The notes: generated from the sequence alone by a model not told the origin. Counted from the stretch's first letter, positions 26,792 through 41,219 are shown. The stretch: 64,000 nt of DNA from Tubulanus polymorphus (GCF_964204645.1 NC_134030.1:6862778-6926777), one strand, 5' to 3'. Made by a program: numbers and translations.

Positions 26792-27614
26792 ACTGTAGAT
26801 CATGTATTCCTTCTCACTTTTGAAAGGAACGCCGATGACAAATCGATCTTTCGGTTTATTGAACAAGTGAGAACAAACCCGGCTTTGGATACGTGTTATT
26901 ACGGCCTAATTGGCGCCGAGACTAGTTGTCGTCACCTTTGAGGTACGGGGGCAGCGCCGCCTCAAAAAGTGCGCGGAACGTATCCAATATGCAATTAAGT
27001 ACGTGATTAGTAAACACTGCGCGTCGTGGTGAATACGGTGTATCAGAAAGAATAGAAATAACTACAAACTATCTTCTGATTAGGACGAATCCACCCGGGA
27101 AACATATCAATTTTAGTTTATTATCATCGCATTCACGACTACATCGGCGTAGAGTGAAACGGTGAAATTCGTCCTTTATTATTAAAGAAACAACAGAATG
27201 CCCAAGAGAATGCGAAGCCGTATACATACCGTTTCTAATCATTCATTGTTCGCTAAAATAAGATCCGCCGTAAAGGCGTATAATAGCCGGGACTCTCTTG
27301 AGCGTGAAAATAAATTAATTTTCTTGCCGTGCGTAGCCTATCGCACAGCGACGCCCGATTCGTTCGAACACAAAGCGCGCTCGATATTTCAAACTCAAAT
27401 CGCGTTCGCATTAAAAATTATCCCCTTCAGTTATTTTTCCGATCGTTTACCAGGGGTGGATCTAGAAGACCGACTAAAAGAGAAAGGTAACTGGAAAGAG
27501 GTGCCCGATAATGCGTTCGATCCGCTCGATGCAAGCATCTTGGAAAAGAACAATCTCGATGGGAAGTTCTGGGTCCATAAGATCAACTCCTGCGTCGTAG
27601 CTTCGACGCAGTAG
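26792..27614 (+). other. Candidate two-exon coding fragment with an in-frame TGA (selenocysteine candidate or pseudogene); 5' part not resolved
   Basis: Exon 26792-26942 (ttacag|ACT...TGA G|gtacgg) and exon 27454-27614 (ttaccag|GG GTG...TAG) join in phase 1 to give ...CYYGLIGAETSCRHL*GVDLEDRLKEKGNWKEVP... The other two frames of the first exon contain internal stops. Confidence 0.45.
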
Positions 27615-30472
27615 TTTTATCTGATCACGTATATCCATAGTGTTTGATAATAATTTCAAATGAACTTCAAACATATGTAGACTAGTGTCTCGATGTTCCC
27701 AGGTGTACCGCTACTGAAAATCAATGCGTCAGAACAAACCTAATTGGTACCCGTGTCTCGGTGTTCCGGTGCCAGTTTTCTATTTCACTTTCACACGCAA
27801 TATTTTACTTTTCCACGCAAGGAAAATCAAGTAAGAGAATAATCGCTGCTATCTATTTGACGGAGCGATCAATTTTTTTTAGGATATTTACTAATTTCAA
27901 TCAAAATGAAAAATATGCGTTTTAATCTCGATGTTATATAACTTACTTCGTCATTTTTCCATCTCATCATGGCACGTTTGCTCGCAAATTTAAATTTGAC
28001 CGATCGCTGAAATGGAACAACACCTTAGTATTCATTGAAACAAAATATATATTCCATCAAACAAAAGTACAATTGAGGCGGCTCACTTATCATGCGAAAT
28101 GTTTGAAATAGTTTCAATGGAAAAAATTACAATTCCCCCAACTGGAAAGTATTGGCACATGATCGCTTCGCAGATTCTCGGCATAAACGTTAATGAAAAG
28201 ATAAAGCTTCCCAGTTCCATGCTACATTGCTTGATAAAAGAGCCAGAGTTACTAGCGCACAAATTGAATCAGATTTGGACTTCCGCCCAGACGACGCTCG
28301 CGATTTCCTTCTTCCGACATAACAGATATGACAAAATATCGCTCTGTTGTCTCGTTCTTTACTCGGACGGTTTTCAAATCTATCATTCAATTTATATACG
28401 CATTCTAACGTTCCTGTATATGAATGCGTTTAATTACGTACTAGCGAACCTGGCGGATCCTCGCCTGCCGTACGTGGAATCCTCGATTGCCACAGTAGCA
28501 GTGCGGGTACCCCATTACATACGATATTCGTACGGTTCGCATGCGGTGAAGGGTCGTTTCCTCAATATACAAATATTTCTCTAGAACCTACATTCCCTAT
28601 TTTTTCTTCCGCGAGAAAGAATTTTTCGAAAAACTCCATACTTCAAATTTTAGTGAGTTTTGTTTCGGTTTATTTTCTTATAAGGTCTGTTTAAAAACCA
28701 AGACATAATCATAAATTCATTCATAACCTCCGCGTGGTGATTACCAATAGTATCGTTTGATAGGCAAATAAAATCGACGTTGCCAGATACGGAAGTTCAC
28801 GGTACGAGTTTAAATAGCTACAGGACAAACATGTCCATAATTGAATATGCCCGACATTCTATTTCGCAGACAGACTTGAAATCATTCGAATCTTTAAGGC
28901 ATTCGAGAATCAGACTCAGTCGTCAAATGATAGTTAAATAGTTTATCGAAGATATTAGGCTTTGCCGGTCTTTCTTCTGCGTGAACCCAAATTATATTTC
29001 TTTTTCAAGTACTTTCAAGTTTGTACTTCAAGTCCCTCACTATGATTAGATTTATAGTATCCATAGTAGTTCTTCGGAATCATATTATTCGAAGTCTGTT
29101 TGATTTGATATGTTCTTAACCGAAGATGACAAAAAATTAGGCGCGGTTACTGGGTGAATGAATTAAACAATGACAATCTATAGTGCGACGTCACCATCAG
29201 TCGGAACCGACAACGAAATCGGTCGGGAAGAATTACTCATCCAATTTTCTGTTTGATTGCAGGTTGCATGTCGTATGTGAGAAACGCGGCGTTGCTCGAT
29301 AACTTGTGAAACATCTCGGACCGAAGTCGACCAGTGAAGCAGAAACCATCTCGGTCAACCCATCACCTGTCAGCAGTGTCAACTTAACCGAGTGAATTTC
29401 ACACGTGAACGCACAACACGTAACAATGAATCGAAGATCCATAAACACTGTCCACTTCCGATTTGGTATTTTTCTTCTTTGCGTGTGTAAACATTGACTC
29501 TTCTACGAAAATTGCGCCACCGATACTTTCACTGAGTGAATGAAGGAATATTTCAACGTTTATCTACACAAACTACGATTCTACGAATGGAAGTTTTGCA
29601 CTTGAATGCTTTGAAATGCTTGAAATTGACAGTAAGGTGCAATGAAAGCAATCATATGTTTTGTGAGCCGCTTTCCGTTTCCCAACTGGGAAGTACAATA
29701 ACGATATAGTGAAACATATCTACAATACTTCTATACGATATACGATTGGCATGTATTAAATTATTACGATTTATTACAATTGATTATTGCCGTATAAGCT
29801 TACATGTTATGATATACATACAATAATGTAATGTAAAATATCAATGTAATATAGTAAAACTGATTCTGGTAAATCATTTCAATGAAACTACGAGATTCTC
29901 AAAGCTGTATCCTCTATTTCAATCAAGTAACGACAAGAAGACATTTTCCCACGATAGTTGATAGCAGTTAAAGCAACGGAAGATAAGTAGAAATAGCAGC
30001 ATTCGGGAAATATCAACTGCGTCATCATCATTTCACCCCCTCGTTTTAAATCATCAACTTAATTGTCTTAATAAGCCTTTCTACAGTTTCCAGGCGTCAT
30101 GTTTTTGAGTACCCGCTGTGTCCGCGTTGTTAAATTTTGTGTCCCTATTTTTCCCCGTTTGATTTTCTTATTTCTTTCATATCTCTGGACTTGATTAAGA
30201 TAGAAACACAGTAAAAATATCGATAAACTCAGCTGATCATTACCTTTTAATGATATAACTTATTCATAAAGTTGCTGCAACAATGCTTAAATTACTTATT
30301 TTCATGGCTTCGTGATCTTGAATAGTCTCTTGCAGGATTATACGTTAAACTGAATAATCTAGATATAGATAGTTTCTTAACTGCAGAAAAAACCAAATGA
30401 TTTCCGTCATCTTAATTGATTTATGCACAATAATGAGGATTTGAACAGGCGGCATGAAAAAAAACTAGGAAA

Positions 30473-32259
30473 CTAGGAAAACAGTAAGTAACCGGCAGTA
30501 ACGACTTTGTTGACTTCGATCGGTAAAAAGCCATTCAGTTCGCAGTTCAAACTACCAGAGCCATCACTCCATGTGTGGAAACTTTCACATGCTCCATTAT
30601 CCATGCACAACAACGCGCACTGCAGTGATGACGTCACGATTTCTTCGTGTACCGGAACCGACGGTTTCAGATGAAAGTTTTCTTCTGCATTGAACAACCT
30701 TTCGCATATTACGGTATCTACGAAAAATTAAGAATACAATTTCATCACCTAGTAAACGTTGAGTACAGAGTAAGACAAAAATGATTGGCCATAAAATGCA
30801 ACAGTTATGTCAAGATTGTCAAAAACGATGTTGTGGTGGCGACATTAATGGTTACTCAGTTTGTATATTATCTATTAGTATTTTAGTGACCTAATATATC
30901 TGAAAATATACCTGAAAACCAACAAGCTGAGACAATGAGCGGTGTTTATCTATCTTACACTGATCACAATATGTACACCTTTTTGGACGTTTACCGGAAA
31001 GAATCCAATTTCTGTATCATGATTGGAATACTTTTCATATAATTTATCGATGACAGGTATATTCATCATTTACTTCTCATAATTGTTTACTACGAGCAAC
31101 TGTTTCGGTATTTGGTATTATCTTATTGACTGGTGTAACACAGATCAACGGGTATTGATGAGGATATATATAACGGCTGATATGTTGATGTAGTCCTTTA
31201 AAGTAAATACAGAGAGCAAGATTTTCCACTCTGCCGTCTATTGAAACGACAGTTCCTTAAAGGTTATTATTTTTAGTGTGAAAGCGTGTTGATCGGTAAA
31301 AGATATTGCGCAAAAATAGACCAGACATTTACACGAATGTATTGCGTCATAGTTGATGTTGCTTAATCAATGATAATGAAGGCAAATCGATGGCCGAACA
31401 AGAAACGATCATTTCTGGTGCGTGCAAACCGAGCTTAGCTTAATAAAACCAAAGCCGTTTCACGACGGAACTAACAATTTCACGCAGGACTCGAAATCTC
31501 TTGAGTAAAAATGAATTATCTTATATTACCTAATGGTCGGACTATGGCTCTTAAACCGAGCAATATCGACGTGAGGACGTTGTAAGTCGGTCCTGTTGGT
31601 GACGTCAGAACGAAATCGACAGGAAGTTTGTCATCTTGGATATGTCTGCTCATAATAACGTCATTACTAATGCTCCGTGACTGTTGACTATATCTGAGCC
31701 GCGCGGAAACGCCCGGTGCGGTGTGCATCCCGATTAAATCGCCCTTTTCCACCTACAATGAATATGACCACATTAACAAGAAGGGTACTTAGATAAGAGA
31801 CCAACCAAGATGAGGACACCTAATTAAAGCATCATAGTAGAAATCGCTTTGTAAATTCGTTGACGTATTCTTCCAATCATCTATTCTTTGAAATAATAGC
31901 CGGACGTTCGGTCTCGTCTGGCAGTTGTTTCAGTTATAATCCTTTGATAGATACCTTCACAGGAGTTGCCAGTGCGTGTGACTGCTTTCCATCTCTGGTT
32001 ACATTCAAGAATTGTTTCGTTATTAATCTGTATCGGTTCGTCTCAAAAGGTCTCCATATTGTGGCGAAAAATCCAACGGCTTCGCTATCCGGAGCCCGAG
32101 TAGTATACTGCCATGCGACCAGCTCCGACGCTTCCGGTATCGTATAAGTTGAACCTTTGCATATCAATAAGTATTCGACAGAAAAATAGGCGGTTGACGA
32201 TATTTGGAGCGCAGTCGGACCGACCTTTCTTTTACAAGGCGTTATGGCTACCCTTCCAC
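30473..32259 (-). CDS. Uncharacterised, probably extracellular protein with a C-terminal PAN/Apple-like domain; first exon not identified
   Basis: Phase-compatible exons 31955-32259 (ELVAWQY...TIWRP...YRL), 31530-31752 (VEKGDLIG) and 30473-30717 (SSLQCALLCMDNGACESF...CELN, PAN-like Cys spacing). Confidence 0.72.
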
Positions 32260-35200
32260 CTGAATTGAGAACTAACTGAAGTCACATACATGAATAGATA
32301 TGTTAAATTTAGATAAGATCAGCCCTAATTTAAAAACACAAATACAACAGAAATGTTTCCAATCAACGTTAGACCGCCGTTGAGGTATAGGTATACTTCT
32401 TACCACCGAGGATCTTTAACCTTATAAATTATTTTCCTAGATATTGATTCACCGTTCATGATTCCCTGAGAAAACGTAGTTCATATCGTTGGCGTTAATT
32501 TAGTAGGTCGGTTGTTTCTATATCGTAAAATGATTGATTTATATTAACGTTAGACTCTCGCAATTACGGCAATATTAACACGACAATCACAAGCCTTTTA
32601 CATCGAGCGGCAAATGGAAATTTTATTGCGCACCGATTTGATTAAAATGACATGCCTTATTGTTTACAATGGTTTTAAACTCTTTGGAGTACTAAGGCAA
32701 CCCTCAGTTCAACGGAGAGCTTATAGCTTGGAGCATTTTCTTTCGAATACTGTTTACCCGGACGCTGCTTAATTAAATAAAACGCAAGCGACGTTTTATG
32801 GCACCGTTTCTATCCAAGCAACTCCATTTTTGAATATGTATAAACCGATGACACTTCAATCTTTACTTAGTCAACTGTTTTCCGTAGGACCCGAACCACT
32901 CAATTCACTCGCCTTTCCAATAGAATGAGAATCTAATTTCATTAACTGAATCTATCGAAATGATAGATTTATAAATATGAAAACAGTAAACCATTTCAAC
33001 CTAGCTAACCGCCATTTTGTTACGGCACTTTTGCCCTGCGTTGTTCGGTAATTTTTCTCTTTCCTAAAGACTATTCACGTTTTATTTCATATAATCGTTC
33101 CGTGGATTTTTAGAACCCTATGAAAATTATAGTTTTCAGTTATGTGAAATTCATTTCACACATACATTTGCAACAATGTGACACGGGATTGATATTTTAA
33201 AAAAACCGTGACCAATGTTTGCCACACGCGTAGAAATTCTCAGGGTACTCAAATTTGAAGTTCGATATCTTTAGAAATTTCGCAGAAGCTGTGCGCATAA
33301 ACGTCGGCTTCAAAATGAAATTTAACATTTCAAAAGACATCTCGCCGAGTTTTCATTCTACATTGCTATTTAATTGCTGCGCGTCTATTGTTATTCAGAG
33401 TTTCTGCAGTGCTTGCTGTCTGTCAGTCTACAGATGGTCGATTCGAGTACCGTAGTGATTGCTGTAAGACATCAGAAGGCAACCTTGAGTAGTGCAAATT
33501 TACTTCGCGGTTTTGAGTCCCGGGCGGAAACGGGTGACGAATGGAGGTCGTAATTTTCCTTCACGAGAATGCTTAGGGGTTTCCTTACGATCCGAGACGA
33601 TCGCGGAGTCATTGGGCGGGCAACGACATTATTAGAGTACAACCACACGGTTAGCTTTTGAATATTCCGAAACGGGAAATTTATACGCTGATCGTGCGTT
33701 TATTTCTGTTTAAACACAAGCTTCCAACGAACAACAACGCGCAGGCCTATCGATCAACGGTTTACTCCAATCAGTAAAGCCACTCAGAAAACCAATATAA
33801 ATCGCCTTCGTAAATCATTCTACGTGACGAAAAAACTGTCAATTTAAACAAACGCCACAGTTCGGACATATTTAGCTATACTTCAAATGTGAAATTTGCG
33901 ACGGATCACGAATCCACGCATTCATACCAAAATTCAAAATTAACCAAAACTTCCTGAATTATCCGCGCTGATATATTCAAGTGAATATTTCCAAAATTGA
34001 GGTATGAAAAATAATCTTGAAGGATTTATCGAAACGTTTCCAGACGATCCACGTCACAGCTGATGGATACAACTAACTACGTTTATCCGTCCGTCGTCCG
34101 ATGTTTACAGTTGTCGTCAATAAATTCGTCTTTAATTCCTGAATTTAGGATAGGATATTTCTTAAGGAATTCCTCCACTGCCGTGTAGTTGAAAGCTCCC
34201 AACTACCGCATGCAAGGTGGCGCGGTGTAGTTTTCAAAACACCGGATGCAGAAATTTGAATATTCGATGATTACATTTAGAATCTGTGGATCGGAACTTC
34301 ATTGTGGGACTGTGTGGTTATAACACATATGCTGGAAATGACAGTTTTCCGTGTCGTGCAGCAGCGTCTTAATTAAAGTTTGCGTGTTGATTTTGAGTTA
34401 ATAACAATATGATGACAGTCTATTCATCAAACTTACGCATCATCATTTCATACAGATATTCATTAGTTAGTCTCGTAAAACCGGGGCAAGACCTCCCCTA
34501 AAGGACCCACTATTAGAGAACGTATGAAACATCCACCAAAATGTCGTGACTCATTATACAGACATTTCCACCACTATTTTACTACTATTCTAGTTTACGA
34601 ATTGATCTGTAGGCAATAATTTTGCATTTAGATATCATACTATTCGAATATTGAGATCTAGATTTAGCTATTTGGCGTACCAGAGATCGAAATTCCACTT
34701 TCAAACCTTGCACCCCTCAAATCCTATCTGAGCCTTCAAAACCGATAGGAGAGTGATGCAGAACTTAAACGCGTTAATGACGCGAAGCTCATCATAATGC
34801 CGTATAGGACTAAGTTTGATAATTCTAAGCAACTTTTATTATTTAGAAATAGGCCTACATCCAATAAATTCCTTCAAAAAATTCATGTTTGAAGTTGATT
34901 ACGGTTAGTCTCATTATTTCTAATTGAGTTTAACAATTTTGATCAAATTAAGTGATTTAACATTTAGCAAATTTTCTATAACATACCTATTAGTAGAATA
35001 ATCCATGAAAATAATACCGTCATCAAAATTCCCCCACCTTGACGCATGATTAATGACCATTAGTAAATGCCCTGTGGCAGTCGTCACTTTTAGTTTCTAA
35101 TAACTGTGTTGTCGCGCACACTCGCATCAGAGGCGGTGAGATTAGCAGCAGTGGCGACACCAGTAGACTACACATCCACTTAATCACCAGGTTTATGTGG

Positions 35201-38200
35201 CATCTACAAAACAGGGGCGGATATGGGGCATACTTTACCAGGAGCGCGAAGAAAGGGAATAGGCCTCCTAGGGCAAGTATCCACCAAGCCAAAAAAGGGG
35301 TCTGGAATATTTTGGAAATTCATTGCATTTTTATGCAATTGCTATAAGTCAATGGAGTAACATTGTAAAGAATATGAGTATAGGGCCAGTCCTGGGCATT
35401 TAGCATGCTTCTTCTTACGGTATTCGCAGGTGTTTCCGATTATCTTCAACATGGCTCGTGACGAGTGCTTCCGTCTGGATCCGTTCCCGAAAAAACTTAC
35501 CGGTACTAAAAAGACCGGCCATCCCCACAAAAACTTAGGAAATTGCAGCTTCAATGCCAGAATTTTCCAACCAAAATTAACGCTTTCATATTCAACCGAT
35601 CCAGGTAATCCTAGATCGACCCGCAGATACAAGCGTCCATATCATGGTTTGTAAGGAAGAGTTTTTAGTACGGAAAAAGTGGTGGCACTTTGTGCCCATG
35701 ATAGCCATTGTGTAACTGTTCATCGTGATTTGCCAAACCATCACGAACCTTCATGTGGCTGGCTACACGTGAATTAATTTTCTTGATGAAAATAAAAATC
35801 AGATAAAAGAAATTGGAATCATTTCTATCAATAATTGGCTTTTACGTCTTTAGTAAAGCAATAGGGCGATTGAAACAATTTGCCCGCAACAGTGCAAATA
35901 GCCAAATCGACTGTCTAGTGCTGCCACTTTGTATAGCGATAGCGGGAAAAACGTGAACTAACATAATACTCGCTTGCCAACGTCTTTGACAGGCATTAGA
36001 CAAACATACCGATTTGGCGGGTCGGATTACGAGAAAATTCTCAGACTCTTAAAACAGCACTAAAACTACCCAACTGATAATTTTTCTATGAATGAATGAA
36101 TCAGTTTTAAAAGAGAAAATTTCAGGTATCGGGTATTTGTATTTTACCTGGGGAGACTGCTACGCCGGGGGCTCGCACAGCCTGGGCATAAGTCAGGTGG
36201 AAGAGGGTCAATTTTGATGAATTCTTTCAAAAGATTTAATGAACTATTCATCTGGACATTCTAATTGTTACTTAAAGCAAAGAAAGTACCTACAAACTCT
36301 AAAATATGGAAATATTATTTAAAATCTAGGACGGGTTCACAGTCACATTGTCAATTAGAATTGGGCGTCACATCGGTCCGTATACTGAGTACGTATGGAA
36401 AAAGTGATATTCCGGTGGTGAATTATAGTACTATTTTAGTTCACAGAAATTCCGCTAACGTTTTTTCATAGGGGCAGCACTGAACGGTTGAAATTAAATA
36501 CAGACCCGCCATTCTACTGTGGCATGTGAGGAATACATATTCTCATTTTTTTCATTAATCACTCAAAATACGCTGGTAGTTAGTTTTGAATGAAAGTTTA
36601 ATGGACGTTAAAGCTTTGTTTAAGGGGAATCTGGTTTTGAAACCGATTTTCAAGCTACTTTTGATAGAACTCCGCTCAACGAACGAAGGCAGACTCCTCG
36701 CATCCCACATGAATAAAAATTAAAATTCTCTCGGACCATAGCACTTTCCTCGGTTTTCACTAGACAAATAAATTTCACTTACGCCTCCCTCATGCACGCA
36801 CTAAGACATGCTTGGATTTTGATGTTTTGGTCAACACTGTCTCTGTATCCACACTAACCCTGACCCTTATACTAACCGAATGCCGTGGCAGATCGACTTA
36901 TCAAGGATTAGCACTTATTGACATTTTTGTGAAGAGTAGGTACAAATAAAGCTCCGACAAATTTTCTCCGAAAAAAATAGCACTAAGTATAATTTTTGGT
37001 ATTACTGAATTAATAGACTTGCTTCCATGGATATGGTCTCAAATCTGTTGCATAGCATTTTTCCTCAAGAGCTACAATTTCTGTGGACTGGAACCAAATT
37101 CTTGACAAAGGCCTCCCTCTTCAGTCATGTTCACCGCTTTAGTATCCACAATTCACTAACAACAAGCTTCTGGAATTCAATATGTGTATAACACATGTTT
37201 TTATTGAAATCAATCTATACATGCAAGTTCATTCGCATGAACGATGCAAAAAAATTTACATGTATCCCATTCTACACAGTGGACTATTGCATAGAATGTT
37301 ATATTATTATGATTCACACACCGTATTATTCTTTAACATTTTAAACTTTTAAACACCATACAATCAGCAAAAGGAGACTTTGGTGAGCGCTGTAAGCAGC
37401 ATTATTCCCATAATAGATTAACAGAATTCAAAGCCAATAGAATTCATCCAAACTGATTTGAAATCGACAAAGATGTGAGGTTCAATAAGATTCAGGTTTA
37501 GAGTTTTTAAATGTACATAAACGTTGGTTTACCCTTTAGAGAAGTTTTACGAGAAAAAAAAGACAGATCTGAATATGGAGATATGTGGAGCGTAGTTCTG
37601 TGCCAGCATAATGCATCCGTTTCCTATTGGGACCAAACCCTGGCCGTTACTGAGCAATTTGAAATACACAAAAAAACGCACCACTGACAGTATATTACCC
37701 TGAATATTAAATAGTTTTTAAATATAGGTACTGGCATAATGATGAATACCATCATTGAAATATATACAGTACTTCGACTGATAGCATGTGATAGGGAAAC
37801 AATGAGAAGTTGATTTTAGTCACATACAGTATACGAGAAAAACTAAGCCTAACAACAATCAAAATAAACAATGGAATGGCATTTTCAACGTAACTATAAG
37901 GCTTTAAGTATCCAAACTTCTTGTGTGGTTAATGATGCAAAAACATGAAGAAAGACAAAAGCCAGAAATTTCTGATCGATTAGTTAGTGCAATGGGAAGG
38001 GGGAACGCAAATATCATTATCTACATCTAATTCGCAAACATTTTGCATTCAAAGAACAATTATTACCACAACTATTGTCGGATCAATCAAATTTTACAGA
38101 CTACTTTTAAACTATAAATACTTGAATATCATCGAACCCAGCACTGTTATCAATAAGTTTTGCAGACCATGCAAATTAAGTTTTTTTTTGTTTATAAAAT

Positions 38201-38302
38201 AAGGTGTTCCAAAAACTATTTTTTCATAAATATGGAAGTTTTTTCCTTTTTGAAATTTTGTCATTGTACATGAGCTGCTGATGATAGTGTGAGCACATTT
38301 TT

Positions 38303-39433
38303 CTATTCAAGTTTTGGTCGTTCGTCCGGGTATTTCTCTTTCGAATAATCTCTGACGGGTGAATAAAACTGCAATAGAACAAGAAATAGATCAAAATCAA
38401 GTTCATTCACAACATAAGCAATTGAAGCTTTAGAGTTACATTACATCTAACTCTAAGGGATCAATCAATTTGTCAGTCAGGGGGTATCAAGGCTCAAGAA
38501 GAATTACCCTACCTTGTACTGTTTGCCTGCATATTGCTCGTTAGGATTTGGATTTTTCTTCTTGTCCCAGCTGAAATAAAGATCACATTACATATTTAAC
38601 ACATCCAGTAAGAATAATCAAAATACATTCATCATATTTGATCCGCAGTTTTATATTTTCATCACCTGACATCAGGATTCCTGATTGCAAGTCGAGCTAG
38701 GTACATGCCAGCTCCGGCCATTCCGACACCAACACACACAAAAAGAGGCATCAACTGCGCATAAAGAGATCTGCTATTTCAATACAATGAATCATATCTT
38801 CAAAAAAACCTTTTAAGGTAAGCTTAGTAAGGTAAGACACACGGTCCGATCTAAGTACTTGTCCGAGTGCCCGGGACATTTTTATTAGAGCAAATAAGCT
38901 ATCATTATTATCACTTGTCACCAGGCGGTAAAAGTGCAGATCCGCACCTCTCCTTGTAAACGGTTCAATCAATTACATTAAATATAATTGTTTCAGGGTC
39001 AAAACGTCATCAGCAATTCAGTACATTGCCATTGGTTAATTTTAAGATATCTTCACTAGAGAGAGTAGAAAGATTTTAGCCTGGATTCTGTCATTCAGTA
39101 CTAGTAGATTGCGTCAATCACGAGAGGTGCGGATCTGCACTTTTACCCACCAGGCTTGTGCAATTTTTATGTCTCAAAAAATATCGATATAACGGATGCA
39201 AGTAGATTATTGAGGGGCATGTGAAATTTCAGATATGCTTGTCCCCAGCTGGCCAAGTGGCTTTCATTACAAACTAGTTCTTTTCGCCAACGCAATCGAC
39301 AAAGACTATCGCGGATGAGCCGTTCAATTGCGCACGTAGTACTAAAATATCCAAAACAGTTCAATTCAATCGATTCGGGTTAAAATCTTACCGATGGATG
39401 TTTCTTCAAACTGGCCCAAGAAAGTCCTTGCAT
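38303..39433 (-). CDS. NDUFA4: Cytochrome c oxidase subunit NDUFA4 (COXFA4), 84 aa
   Basis: Exons 39392-39433, 38666-38754, 38513-38570 and 38303-38368 give MQGLSWASLKKHPSLMPLFVCVGVGMAGAGMYLARLAIRNPDVSWDKKKNPNPNEQYAGKQYKFYSPVRDYSKEKYPDERPKLE. Family motifs KKHPxLxPLF, RLA..NPDV.WD and QYKFYS are present. Not visible in the ORF track. Confidence 0.95.
38927..39147. mobile_element. MITE with 26-bp TIRs and an 8-bp target duplication (Merlin- or hAT-like) in NDUFA4 intron 1
   Basis: CACCAGGC|GGTAAAAGTGCAGATCCGCACCTCTC ... GAGAGGTGCGGATCTGCACTTTTACC|CACCAGGC. Confidence 0.88.
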
Positions 39434-40737
39434 CGTGAGGATGGTCAGTTATAACCTGCTGGATGGAATTAATTTAGACGCAGCACACCGAAAAGACACG
39501 AATGGTGGTGGTGTCGGTAACCTTGGAGTAGTAGAGATGGCGCCACTAGACGGTTAGGTTTCGATCCGGCACAATTCGGACCGGGTTCGTCGTAACTCGC
39601 TATCAATCAGGATTCGAGACCTCGATACCGAAATTCGATACCGACATTGTACATTTTGACATTCGCGGCAATTACGTAATATCAAAATCAATGGCGTGCT
39701 CTCAACATACAAAATACACGCGAAAACCACCAAATTACCCTCATACCACGTGTGACAAGTCCTTTTGTATGTACATTCCAAACATTTTAAAGACCCCAAA
39801 TATCAGAATTTCAATAGTCGGTAAGTATTTTACATTGTCATTTTGTTCAAATGAATGGTGAGAAAAATTTTATCTCAGCTATTGCGCTGCGAGTAGGCCT
39901 ACCATTTTTAATCAGAGATGCGCATCCCAGAGGTGCACATTTCGTCGGTGACAGGTGACTGTGGAAGACGGTCAGTGAAGCAAGACGAGTTGAAAAAAAA
40001 AATGGAAAAAGAAACTAAAAAGGGGCGATGATGGATTGGGTGGATCCCCAGGAATTTAGAAAAGCCAGGCTGAAAACCTAGATTGAGATTACATACGGTC
40101 ATCTGAGTCTGATGCCTATTTCTAGACCCAGATACCATGGCCATGGTCTTTTTGTGTTGTAATTTGTTCTGAATTGATTCTTCAAAATGTGACGTGAAAG
40201 CAATGTTTTAATGCCGAATGCTGACTTTTGACTGGTCCTTAACATGGTATTCAAAGAAAAAAAACTGTCATTCAATAAATAATTGCTGATGCTTTCACCA
40301 CCACAGTCCCTGCACTTCCAACTCCACTGTGTCAATGAATTTTCCTTTTTTTTTTTTGTTTCTGTGTGAATTCTTTCTGTTTTTATTCTGTATTTATTTT
40401 TCATTTGTAGATGTGTAAAACCATTTAGGCCCTATAAAGAATTGACTTGACAATGAAAACAGTGTAAGTTTATTTAATCTTTTAAATGTTTTCTTCATCG
40501 GTTTCAGAAACAGATATTATTTATACTTCATGTATCTTCATTACTTTATTTTCATGTTTGCGTTGGACTCTGATGGCAAAACCGAAACCGTAGATAGAAA
40601 GCCCCTGGATAAATGAACTATATTGGAGCGTAAAATTTAATTTGTAAGTTTGAATTCTGAATTTGATAATTCTGCAGTTATCTATGAAATGAAAACAATT
40701 TTAGATTTGTCTATCATAGATATCACTACAATGGGAA

Positions 40738-40985
40738 CTTGGATTCAGTACAGGACAACAAGGAATCAGTGCTTTACAATAAGACTTTCTTGGATTTTGC
40801 ACAGGACAACAAAGATCAGTGCTTTACAATAGGCCTAAGACTTTCTTGGACTTAGCACAGGACAACAAGAATCACTGCATTGGAATATGACTGCCTTGGA
40901 TTCTGCACAAGACAGCAAGCATCAAGAATCACTGTTTTACAATAAGGCTATCTTTGATTATGCACAGGACATAAGGAATTACTAA
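40738..40985. repeat. Minisatellite, unit about 48 bp, about 5 copies
   Basis: ttggatt...acaggacaaca..aatcagtgctttacaata repeated. Confidence 0.85.
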
Positions 40986-41219
40986 ATGGAAATTCAAGAT
41001 AAGTTACATTTATTTCTTATTCATCAGTTGTTGATTTGAACTTACGGGACCAGTTTTATAGTATTTGTTATGAACCATGTTTTGAAATGAAATCTGAGCG
41101 TTTGCATTTATACTAATATTCAATCTATCCAAATTTCTTTATATTGGTGTAAATATTTGGTAAGGATACATAAAAGAATAAAGCGGGTTTACATGTTTTC
41201 TAAATTGTGATCAACGTTA

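Noticed and set aside
27615-29500. SECIS element for the TGA-containing candidate
   Set aside because: The ATGA...AA...GA candidates I inspected (about 27660, 28757, 29425) do not form the required helix II. None was accepted by eye.
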